Shown here piece by piece: positions 51,982-61,810 of a DNA stretch of 64,000 nt. A program made the translations under genes and the position numbers. The notes under the pieces are model-generated. The model saw only the letters and a list, made by a program, of their open reading frames with translations, searched no databases and was not told the origin of the DNA. This DNA comes from Saccostrea cucullata (Eukaryota): assembly GCF_032062105.1 (NCBI RefSeq), contig NW_026937503.1, forward strand, positions 1-64,000, read 5' to 3'. Positions within the stretch are counted from its first letter, which is position 1. Every line of letters starts with the position of its first letter.

Positions 51982-53955
51982 CTATCTGTTCGAGTTTAAG
52001 AGCTCATTTAAGTTTCTATTTCGCTTGTATCCAATGATAGGAGGCATAGGAAATAACTCAGAACACTGTTTATCCTTTTGAATTAATTTCCAATGTTTGC
52101 GTAATATTTTCCCCAGTTTTCTGACTGCAGGATTGTACTTGGTAACAAGCACAGAGGGCGGTCTGTTAGATTTAGTCTTGCTATTTTTTAGCAATTCCTG
52201 TCTATTAATTGTTTGCGTTTCTGAAACAATACTGTCTATTTCAGATTCCGAGTACCCCCTTGATATAAGTCGTTCCTTGAACTGTGAAATTAATTGTTTG
52301 GTTTTGTGTGGGTCAGAGGTGTTCCTCTTATGACGGATAATTTCCCCCTTAATAAATCCTCTGAAGGTAGCATTGGGATGTGCACTGCTGCGATGCAGAT
52401 ACATAAATGTTTCTGTAGGTTTGATGAAAGTTTCAAAGTCTAAGACTCCGGACTGTTTAAATCTCTGTCCTTTGTAGACTTTTGTGTCCAGAAACACAGT
52501 CCCGTTTAAGTGAATATTGTATGTAAATTTCAGGTATTTGTGCTCCTGATTTGCAAGTTCAAAAAACTGCAGTATTTCACTTTCTGTGGCGTCCATTGCC
52601 ATAAAACCGTCATCTCTGTATCTAAAGTGAGCCAGAATTTTGTTTTTATGATTGTATTTTTTGATAATATTTTCAAGGATATCAAAAAGGCGCAGGTCAC
52701 ATATCTCGGGGGACGGGACCGCCCCCATACTGGCTCCTAATATTTGTTTATACAGGTGACCATTAAATTCAAATTCATTGTTCTCTAACAGAATTTGTAA
52801 CAATTTGATTAGGTAACTGATATCTGGGATCGGTATTGTAACATCAGTTTGTTTCAATTTTGTGAGTGCTTTTGCTGCAGATTGGAGAAGTTCCGTGGCT
52901 GTCATGTTAGTATACATGGAAGTTACATCATAGGTAACTAGCCGGGTTTCGGGTTTCAAATGCAGGGATTCAACTTTGCTGATAAAGTGTTTGGTATCTC
53001 TGACATATGTGTGTTGTTTTTGTACTAATGGCACAAGGAAGTAGTCTATGAAGTGCCCTATAGGCATTGTAGGGGAGGCGCATTGAGAGATAATTGGCCT
53101 CCCCGGTATACTCATTCCACGCTGCAGGGCCTCGGCCCCTTTGAAGTTTTCAATGTCAGAAATGCAGATTTTATGTATTTTAGGTAGTAAGTATAACCTG
53201 CCAGGGCGGAATGTAAGGGACTGCGACAGAAATCTGTGGGTAATACTGTCGATTTCAGAATTGATTTGCATTTCACATACAATCTTGTTGATCAGATCGT
53301 GTATTTCATGTGTTCTGTCTTTGTGAATTGCGGCGTAATGAATGCCGTCATTTAAATGTCTTAGTCCCTCCGCTGCATAATTTGTGCGGTTCTGAACTAC
53401 AACAGTAGTAGATTTGTCTGCCTTTTTTATTACAATGTTTGTCTCGTTTCGGAGACTGGTCAGCGCATTCCGCTCTTTTTTTGTTAAATTATCTCTAAAT
53501 TTGTGAAAGTGGATTTTACATAGCTCCATTTTGGTTGCATAGAGATAATTTTCTAAAGCTGTGCACGTTGTGTTGCCGGGATTATAATTCGTATTGATAT
53601 ATAAGGGATGCAATTGTTTATCATCCTCATTTGTATGAAAGAGTATCTTGCATCTCATTTTCCTGGCTAGTTCATTGAAGCTACAGATCAAATTCTGTCT
53701 TATATTTTGCGTCCCTGGTGTGGGAATAAATTTGAGACCTTTGCTAAGTAAAGATGTTTCAGCTTCAGACAGAGTATAATCTGAGAGATTGAGAACATTG
53801 TTATTAGTGTTCTCTGACAGGCGTTTAATACGCCTGATATTGCGAGCTTTTCTGTTGTTCGCTCGTCTTATTTTATATTTTTTCTGTTTTTGCGTTTTGG
53901 AGAGCCTCCTGCTAGGCATGTTAGCGTAGTGCCGATCTGGGAGCCAAATCTGCAT
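51982..53955 (-). CDS. PLE reverse transcriptase without GIY-YIG domain (family A, 657 aa; alternative start 53919)
   Basis: NLSDYTLS..LLSKGLKFIP, IKKADK, YLLPKIHK, PGRPIIS, YDVTSMYTN, YKQILGASMG, RYRDDGF, FLDT, YLHRSSAHP, RGY; stops right after YKRNRNLNELL. Confidence 0.95.
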   Translation of the reverse strand: MQIWLPDRHYANMPSRRLSKTQKQKKYKIRRANNRKARNIRRIKRLSENTNNNVLNLSDYTLSEAETSLLSKGLKFIPTPGTQNIRQNLICSFNELARKMRCKILFHTNEDDKQLHPLYINTNYNPGNTTCTALENYLYATKMELCKIHFHKFRDNLTKKERNALTSLRNETNIVIKKADKSTTVVVQNRTNYAAEGLRHLNDGIHYAAIHKDRTHEIHDLINKIVCEMQINSEIDSITHRFLSQSLTFRPGRLYLLPKIHKICISDIENFKGAEALQRGMSIPGRPIISQCASPTMPIGHFIDYFLVPLVQKQHTYVRDTKHFISKVESLHLKPETRLVTYDVTSMYTNMTATELLQSAAKALTKLKQTDVTIPIPDISYLIKLLQILLENNEFEFNGHLYKQILGASMGAVPSPEICDLRLFDILENIIKKYNHKNKILAHFRYRDDGFMAMDATESEILQFFELANQEHKYLKFTYNIHLNGTVFLDTKVYKGQRFKQSGVLDFETFIKPTETFMYLHRSSAHPNATFRGFIKGEIIRHKRNTSDPHKTKQLISQFKERLISRGYSESEIDSIVSETQTINRQELLKNSKTKSNRPPSVLVTKYNPAVRKLGKILRKHWKLIQKDKQCSELFPMPPIIGYKRNRNLNELLNSNR

Positions 53956-54649
53956 TGATTGCTAAGAAAAGTGAACAAGGTATGATCAACAGGGGTTCCC
54001 TGGGGGTGTAATTCAACCGCACAGATTAACATGCGGGTTTATCTTGGGGCACCGGCAGGCATGCGTTTACTTCTTAGGTGCAGTAAAGATCTGTGAATAC
54101 CTGCATGATGCAATAGGTAAAAAGCATGATTATATTATTTGACATCAAGCTTGCTGCGGGACAAAGTATAGGTTCTGTCCAGCAGGATGGGGATATGGTG
54201 TGTGTTCAAACCCTGAGGTTAAGAGTGACACTGAGAATTCTTGTAGATGTTGCAGTCAGGTTAATTTCTAGTTGGCGCACATTGTGCAATTGTAATTGTA
54301 AATTCCCTTGTTTTGGTGATTGTATCAATAAACGCCTTTTTATGCACTATGAGGTATGCCAAACCATACCTATAGTTGAAGATGGAGATAGACTATGACT
54401 GTTAACTGTGATTTATTGTACATATATTTTAATATGTTAAGGTTTTCATAGTACAAAATATGTTTGTTTTAAGTTTATAAGCTCAATGTACAATAAACGT
54501 TTCTTCTTTAAATGGTTCATAAGTTTGATATGGCGGTAGATCTTACCATATGTATAAGCAGTCCAACAATATCAATTGTCCCGTGTATATACACGTAAGA
54601 TATGGCGTTCAACCATCACAATTGATTATATGACAGGTAACTAATCATG

Positions 54650-55480
54650 TCACTTATGAGTTGGATCTTGTAGCATATTGGTCAATTTCCTTAGTTCTTG
54701 GATAATAGACGGTTGGGCGGTCCTGGATCTTCTCTGAGCATTGTCACGTCCTCTAGACCATGGTCTAGGCTGGCTGGTCCTTGGGCGTTTCTGCTCGTCA
54801 TGTCTAGCGGGTGCACGCATTTTGTATTGATTTATCTTCTCAGTCCACTTTTGTTTGAGAACTTCCAGGTCAGAAAAGAATTTGGCCCGGTGAGTGCCCG
54901 CTTCACGATCATTTATCGTTAATTTGTTTTTGGTCTCGGTTACTTTTTCCTTGATTTCCTCGTTTTTTTCGCGGATGATATGTGCACATTTTTCTTGTAG
55001 TGTGGTTATGAGTTTGAGGAGCCCCTTCTGATGGAGGTCTTTGATGATACCCTTAAATATTTCCTGGCTAACTTCATCACAGCTTGCTGTAAAGTTTATC
55101 TGAAAGCTGAGGAAGGCGGGTAGATTTGGGTTTTCCGCACCGGTGTCCACCTGGTCGATGCAATGTTTGATGGTGGCGATTCTGTGTCTTTTAAACATAA
55201 GAGTGTCAACTTCCTTGATGGTGCTCTCCACCATTTTTTGGTATTCTTCACTTTTACTCGCTGATGCGACGAGTGTTGTTTCGTTTAGGTCCAGATCAGG
55301 ATCACTATCGTACATGTAGTCGGGTGGTGTGTCCTTTTGTTTTTGGCCCGGTGTAGGGTAGCTGTGCGTCAAATCAAGATTGTCAGTCTCCATGTCATTG
55401 TTATCCATATTTGCCATATTCCAATGTAGCAATGGAGGGATAAAACTGCTTTTGGTGGATTTACGGAGACCTGAGGACAT
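54650..55480 (-). CDS. Family A ORF1: acidic N-terminus, predicted coiled coil, Arg-rich C-terminus (open to 55669; ATGs at 55480 and 55417)
   Basis: Long ORF co-oriented with and upstream of the RT, inside the repeat unit; K/E-rich helical stretch, then KRPRTSQPRPWSRGRDNAQRRSR. Confidence 0.75.
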   Translation of the reverse strand: MSSGLRKSTKSSFIPPLLHWNMANMDNNDMETDNLDLTHSYPTPGQKQKDTPPDYMYDSDPDLDLNETTLVASASKSEEYQKMVESTIKEVDTLMFKRHRIATIKHCIDQVDTGAENPNLPAFLSFQINFTASCDEVSQEIFKGIIKDLHQKGLLKLITTLQEKCAHIIREKNEEIKEKVTETKNKLTINDREAGTHRAKFFSDLEVLKQKWTEKINQYKMRAPARHDEQKRPRTSQPRPWSRGRDNAQRRSRTAQPSIIQELRKLTNMLQDPTHK

Positions 55481-56190
55481 TTGTTGTGAATTCAGAATTC
55501 TTAATGACACTTGGATCTTATAAAAAGTGTTTATGTAGTTTTGTGGGGGGTACGTCCTAATTAAGCGTAATTCCCCGCTATTGAAATGTGACCGAGCTGC
55601 ATATAGGTGTTGAGTTTGATTTATTAGCATCCATGTGAAATTGTGAATTTCAATTTCCGCTGAGATCAAGGGAAGTGGGGGATTGGTGTGAGTTACGGTT
55701 TGTTAGAACCGAATGACAGCCTGAGAATTGGCTGTATGAGGTTTTTGTATCCCTTGCAGGTGTTTGTGGATGGTGGACTTTGGTTTAATTTATGAGATGA
55801 CAGGCGCAGTGTTTGATTGCAAGACAATACTCTATCGTATATATTGATTGTGTATTGTATATTTCGCTCTGTCCTCTGTGTTAAACTTAGTTTGGTTCTG
55901 GCAGATCTATAGTGGGATCTGGCGCAAGTATTTTACTTTATTAGAGGAGTTCATGTAATAAATGATATTTTGCTATTTTGATTTAGAAAGTTCAGTTTGT
56001 TAAAGAAGTTCGTTAAAATATAGTGTGTGCCCGGAACACCAATAATGGTGACACGTGCCTCAACCGACCTAGCACACGGATCGAGAATGGATTCCAAATC
56101 GATACACGGGAGGGTGACAAGGGGTACGAGGTACCAAGATCACAGTGTAAAATAAAGTTGCCACCCGGCACCACGTGTGCCGACGGAAGA

Positions 56191-56263
56191 GGACCTGACA
56201 CCTGAATCGGTGTTTCGGGCACATTTTAGGAATGTTCCAGGGTCTGCCACTCATCAGAGGTCC
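56191..56263 (-). ncRNA. Type I hammerhead ribozyme (family A, 5' copy)
   Basis: Identical to 51462-51534. Confidence 0.9.
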
Positions 56264-56710
56264 AACCCAAATTAAGTTATCATATTTTAGTTGTATATCT
56301 CTGGCATGGTGGTGTTTCATGCAATAATATTTGTAGTGGACATGTATTCTGTTACTGTTCCACTAATTAAGCTTTGTGAATAAAAAGCTTTATGTTTTGG
56401 ATATGTCAATGAATAAGACAATATCAAGGAGAATTAATATTCTCTGTGGTGCGAGCTTAAATTGTTTGCTCGTCTTGTTTTGTGGTACATGTTGTACTAA
56501 ACGGCTCTTAGATAGAGCTGCAGTTGAGATTCGTTAGAATCGGGCGGGGCGACCGTCACATAGTCGCGCTGGAAGAGTTAATGCACGTGGCACGAGAAAG
56601 CGCATTGGTTGTTTGTTTGGAGTGTTGGGTAATTGACAGCCACCTGTTCCCTGATATCTGCTTTGCATGCTTTTCGCTATCACGGATTGTCTGATTTGTT
56701 AATTGATATG

Positions 56711-57220
56711 CTATCTGTTCGAGTTTAAGAGCTCATTTAAGTTTCTATTTCGCTTGTATCCAATGATAGGAGGCATAGGAAATAACTCAGAACACTGTTT
56801 ATCCTTTTGAATTAATTTCCAATGTTTGCGTAATATTTTCCCCAGTTTTCTGACTGCAGGATTGTACTTGGTAACAAGCACAGAGGGCGGTCTGTTAGAT
56901 TTAGTCTTGCTATTTTTTAGCAATTCCTGTCTATTAATTGTTTGCGTTTCTGAAACAATACTGTCTATTTCAGATTCCGAGTACCCCCTTGATATAAGTC
57001 GTTCCTTGAACTGTGAAATTAATTGTTTGGTTTTGTGTGGGTCAGAGGTGTTCCTCTTATGACGGATAATTTCCCCCTTAATAAATCCTCTGAAGGTAGC
57101 ATTGGGATGTGCACTGCTGCGATGCAGATACATAAATGTTTCTGTAGGTTTGATGAAAGTTTCAAAGTCTAAGACTCCGGACTGTTTAAATCTCTGTCCT
57201 TTGTAGACTTTTGTGTCCAG
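56711..57220 (-). pseudogene. 5'-truncated duplicate of the family A RT C-terminus (part of the pseudo-LTR)
   Basis: Matches 51982-52491. Confidence 0.9.
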
Positions 57221-57634
57221 TTTGGATCTTATTTAATGTACAATAATTTCATAATGTATAGACCAGTCTAATACTTGTACATTTTAACTACTCTGACGTT
57301 TTTAATAACATTGATATTATCAAGGAAGCTACATCTTTGTTTGTTTTGAATGCAATATTCCTTATATTATAATCTCTAATTATTTTAGAACTTGTGTTTT
57401 TACTTCTTAAAACATTTGACCAACAACATGGTCACCTATTGGTTGATTGTATTAGCTTCAGTTTGACTGAAAGGAGGCGTGGCTATTCGCTTCTGCGCGC
57501 TTCTTTCATCTTCTTGACATTGCTTTTATTTAGCCAGTGCGAGTAAGCACGGCAGGATTAATTTTTGTGCCACTTATTTGTTTGCTTTGCAAATTATACA
57601 CGGAAATTTTATTATCAATTACGTATGTGCCTTA

Positions 57635-57766
57635 TACCCTCTATTAATACGCTCAGACGTATTATAGACGTGGTGTTATTATAATTAATCGGCACTTATT
57701 GGTTTACCCTCTATTTATACGCTCAGACGTATAATAGACGTGGTGCTTTTTTATATTATCAGCAAC
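57635..57766 (+). repeat. 70-bp-period imperfect duplication upstream of the family B RT (also ~61605-61736)
   Basis: taccctctatt(a/t)atacgctcagacgtat(t/a)atagacgtggtg at 57635 and 57705. Confidence 0.85.
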
Positions 57767-57840
57767 ATCATTTATCCTCTGAGATAATTAATTCAATCTT
57801 AAACCATTAGAGTTATAAGATATTCAAGCCGTTTCTAACA

Positions 57841-59787
57841 ATGGCGCGACGTTTCAGGCGTCTAGATAAACAGAAGAAAAGTGTATTAAGAGCGTCTAAT
57901 GCATTTGCTCATAAACAACGTATTCACAGAGCAAGCGTAATAAATGCAAAAAAATTTGTTCTTAATTTATCCTCATGTGGTCTTCAAGATAACGAATACA
58001 TACTGCTAGCCAAAGGACTTAAATTCATCCCGTCACCACAAAGCAGCAATGTCAAAAGGTTTCTCCTAAAGGACTTTGACGAGTTTTCTAGAAAACTCAG
58101 ATGCAAATTCTTCTTTGATACCGGGGAAAATAATAAACTTCATCCCTTCAGAACATCTACTGGTTATAAACCCGATCAGGCATGCGGTGCTCTTGAAAAT
58201 TATATTGACAAAACCAAATTAGAATTATCATCTATGCCAATAAAACAATATCGGGATAATTTAACTAACCAGGAAAGGGCGGCATTGGTCTCATTAAAAA
58301 ACAATCGCCATATTGTAATCAAAAAAGCTGATAAAAGTAACACTGTGGTCATCATGGACAGAGATAAATATGTCACTGAAGCTTTACGTCAACTTGAATC
58401 AAAACACTACCTTGAAGTTGAAAAACCTGATTTGTCACATTTACGTAATACCATACAAGAAAAAATATCTGATATGTTTATTGGAGGAGCTTTAGACAAA
58501 GAAACATATCGTTATCTAAGTGATAGCGATTCGTCCCTTAAATGCGGACATTTATACTTGCTCCCTAAAATACACAAGATCAAAGATAAAATCATGACTG
58601 CCCTTATGAACGGCACTTGCAGCCTCAGACGGCTACCACCTGGGCGACCAATTATTTCACAATGCGATACACCAACACATAGGATTGGTGCTTACTGTGA
58701 TTATTTTCTTATCCCGATTGTTCAAAAACAATCGACGTACATAAAGGATACTACGGATTTCATCAATAAAATCGAAGCCTTATGCTTACCATCGCAAATC
58801 ATACTGATCACTTATGATGTTACAAGTATGTATACTAACATGGAGTTTGATGAATTATTAAGCGCTGTTGAAGAGGCCTACCGAAATAACAAACGAGATT
58901 TATCAGATCTGCCTTATCCCGAGGTCTCAGATCTCCTCTTTCTTCTAAAGTGCATACTTGAAAATAATTATTTTGAGTTTAATGGAAAATATTACAAACA
59001 AATAATCGGTTGCGCAATGGGTTCAACTGTTTCCCCTGAGGTATCTGATATAAGAATGTTCCAGATAACTCAATCAATCATGGCGCAATTTCAATATGCC
59101 AATAAAGTCTTGTTTCACGGCAGATTTAGAGATGATGGTTTTATTATTTTCAACGGGTCTGAGAATGAGATTCTTGATTTCTTTCAAATTGGCAATCAAT
59201 GCCACCCGCATTTGAAATTCACTTTTGAAATCTCAATTGACTCTGTGAATTTTTTAGACACAACAGTGTACAAAGGAAGAAAATTCCAAGAATCCAACAA
59301 ACTAGATATTAAGTCGTACATTAAACCAACAAATAATTTTCAATATCTACACAGAGAAAGCTCTCACAACCCAGCAGTATTCAAAGGTTTCATTAAGGGA
59401 GAATGCATTAGACATATGAGAAATACCAATGACAATGCAACCCTCAGCACAATCCTACAAGACTTCAAGAAACACTTGTCAAAGAGAGGCTACTCTGATA
59501 CAGAAATAGACCCTATTATCACAGACGTAACTGGAACGGACAGAAATAAGATGCTAAACAAAAACAACAGTGAATCTAAACTCTGCAATCCATTAGTTAT
59601 GGTTACAAAATATAATCCGAGAATCAAAGGATTAAAAAGACGCATCTTAAAATATTGGAATGAAATGAAAACAGACACAAGATGCAAAGAAATATTTACA
59701 TCGGAACCAGTTGTAGCTTATAGCAAGCACAAAAGCATAGGAGATATGATTATAAGATCACGTTTACCACAAGAATACAACTGCTAA
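57841..59787 (+). CDS. PLE reverse transcriptase without GIY-YIG domain (family B, copy 1, 648 aa)
   Basis: LAKGLKFIP, IKKADK, YLLPKIHK, PGRPIIS, YDVTSMYTN, YKQIIGCAMG, RFRDDGF, FLDT, YLHRESSH, RGY; ends AYSKHKSIGDMIIRSRLPQEYNC*. Confidence 0.95.
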   Translation: MARRFRRLDKQKKSVLRASNAFAHKQRIHRASVINAKKFVLNLSSCGLQDNEYILLAKGLKFIPSPQSSNVKRFLLKDFDEFSRKLRCKFFFDTGENNKLHPFRTSTGYKPDQACGALENYIDKTKLELSSMPIKQYRDNLTNQERAALVSLKNNRHIVIKKADKSNTVVIMDRDKYVTEALRQLESKHYLEVEKPDLSHLRNTIQEKISDMFIGGALDKETYRYLSDSDSSLKCGHLYLLPKIHKIKDKIMTALMNGTCSLRRLPPGRPIISQCDTPTHRIGAYCDYFLIPIVQKQSTYIKDTTDFINKIEALCLPSQIILITYDVTSMYTNMEFDELLSAVEEAYRNNKRDLSDLPYPEVSDLLFLLKCILENNYFEFNGKYYKQIIGCAMGSTVSPEVSDIRMFQITQSIMAQFQYANKVLFHGRFRDDGFIIFNGSENEILDFFQIGNQCHPHLKFTFEISIDSVNFLDTTVYKGRKFQESNKLDIKSYIKPTNNFQYLHRESSHNPAVFKGFIKGECIRHMRNTNDNATLSTILQDFKKHLSKRGYSDTEIDPIITDVTGTDRNKMLNKNNSESKLCNPLVMVTKYNPRIKGLKRRILKYWNEMKTDTRCKEIFTSEPVVAYSKHKSIGDMIIRSRLPQEYNC

Positions 59788-59790
59788 GGT

Positions 59791-59930
59791 GGACCCCTGA
59801 TGAGGCGGGCCTTAGGGCATATAGCCGTTTTTTTAAAAAACCGCCGAAACACTCTTTACTATATAATGATGTATGAATCAAAATTAAAATTAAAAAAATG
59901 TCACAAAGTTTGGTTAAGAGTGTCGGGTCC
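59791..59930 (+). ncRNA. Type I hammerhead ribozyme with enlarged loops (family B, copy 1)
   Basis: GGACCC-CUGAUGA-GGCGG..(32 nt)..CCGCC-GAAA-CACUCUU..(59 nt)..AAGAGUG-UC^GGGUCC; begins 3 nt after the RT stop codon. Confidence 0.9.
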
Positions 59931-60293
59931 TAATAAATTTCATGAACAGTTTGGCTGATTGATGTCCTTTTTCTCACACCTTGTATCTAGGGACAATGTC
60001 CCACAGGCATCATCCCACAGGCATCATCCCGTGAATCGCCTTCTTTGAACGCGATCGACTTGTTCTTAATTTATTGGGGCTTCTCCCTCTGACCATTTTC
60101 GACATTTTTATTGAAACCAAAAGAACAGTAACACATTAACGCTTCCTAGCTAATTTTTTCATCCGCTTATAATGGGAGACCTCTTGAACATCACAGAATT
60201 CGATTGATTTATTACAATCTAAGGAGTGATACCGAGATTGACATCTCAAAGTTATATAGTTAAATTCTGCACAATTACAACACTTAAGACGTA

Positions 60294-61031
60294 ATGCTAC
60301 AAAGACTTAGTCGACTTTCTCTGAAAAAAGCAACCAAAGCTAACATGGATGACGATTTCCAGATACCGTCAAACCAAGAAGCCTTGTCACAGATTGATGA
60401 TTTGGATTTAAAAATCCGTTTACCGGACGCAAATAATACCTACACGAGAGCTACAGAAAATGGATTGGCTGAAATATCAAAAACTCTCAAAGAACGACTC
60501 TAACTAATTAGTCTAATTCATGGTAACAGGACCGGGAATTACCCTACATGGTATAATGTAAACACAAAGTGTTTCCTAAACCTACCTAATGAGCAGGAGG
60601 AGCAGAAATTCAGGAGTTTCTGGAAAGAACTGAGCAACGCCATCGAAAAACAAGCCTCGCAGAAAGTAATAGACTTCCTCGCAAACCAAATCAAGGAAAA
60701 GGAAAATGAGGCCAACAGGATTAGGGCTGAGAACATAAAGCGTGTAGGTTTTGCTACAGAGGAAAGTGCCTCTATCAGAAAACAGTTGGACACAGACATC
60801 CTCAATCTACACAATGAAAACACAAAGGAACTGGAGGATTACCGCAGGCATTTGGGCTCTATGCAACAGAGCTCCTCTAACTCTAGGACTGCAACAGCCT
60901 CCAAGGCCCCAGGAAGGAACACCCGAGTACCTCGGAAGGACTGGAATCATCACAACCAAAGAAACTCTTTCTCAGGTTATCGTCCTCAAGAGAAAAGAGG
61001 TCAATTCCGACGAAGATACCACCCATATTAA
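60294..61031 (+). CDS. Family B ORF1 (245 codons, one in-frame TAA at 60501-60503): predicted coiled coil, basic tail ending RRRYHPY
   Basis: ORFs 60294-60503 and 60786-61031 are in the same frame and the sequence between them is open (LISLIHGNRTGNYPTWY...FRSFWKEL...IKEKENEANRIR). Confidence 0.75.
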
Positions 61032-61810
61032 CAGTCTTACATGTGGACTTGAAACATCCTCTCATCTGGTGATGTTTATTTTTAATTATCTGTGCGTACT
61101 ATAATTACTACAAACAATAGTGACATCTGCAATATGGAAAACTTTACTAGTGAGGTCTATCGAATATTCGGGCGGATTAAAAATATTATGCAGTTTGGAT
61201 CTTATTTAATGTACAATAATTTCATAATGTATAGACCAGTCTAATACTTGTACATTTTAACTACTCTGACGTTTTTAATAACATTGATATTATCAAGGAA
61301 GCTACATCTTTGTTTGTTTTGAATGCAATATTCCTTATATTATAATCTCTAATTATTTTAGAACTTGTGTTTTTACTTCTTAAAACATTTGACCAACAAC
61401 ATGGTCACCTATTGGTTGATTGTATTAGCTTCAGTTTGACTGAAAGGAGGCGTGGCTATTCGCTTCTGCGCGCTTCTTTCATCTTGACATTGCTTTTATT
61501 TAGCCAGTGCGAGTAAGCACGGCAGGATTAATTTCTGTGCCACTTATTTGTTTGCTTTGCAAATTATACACGGAAATTTTATTATCAATTACGTATGTGC
61601 CTTATACCCTCTATTAATACGCTCAGACGTATTATAGACGTGGTGTTATTATAATTAATCGGCACTTATTGGTTTACCCTCTATTTATACGCTCAGACGT
61701 ATAATAGACGTGGTGCTTTTTTATATTATCAGCAACATCATTTATCCTCTGAGATAATTAATTCAATCTTAAACCATTAGAGTTATAAGATATTCAAGCC
61801 GTTTCTAACA

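Larger units (their letters stand above)
51417..57220 (-). mobile_element. Endonuclease-less two-ORF Penelope-like element, family A; unit 4729 bp with a 1075-bp direct repeat (51417-52491 = 56146-57220)
   Basis: PLE RT ORF, upstream ORF1, hammerhead in each repeat, partial-tandem (pseudo-LTR) structure. Confidence 0.9.
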
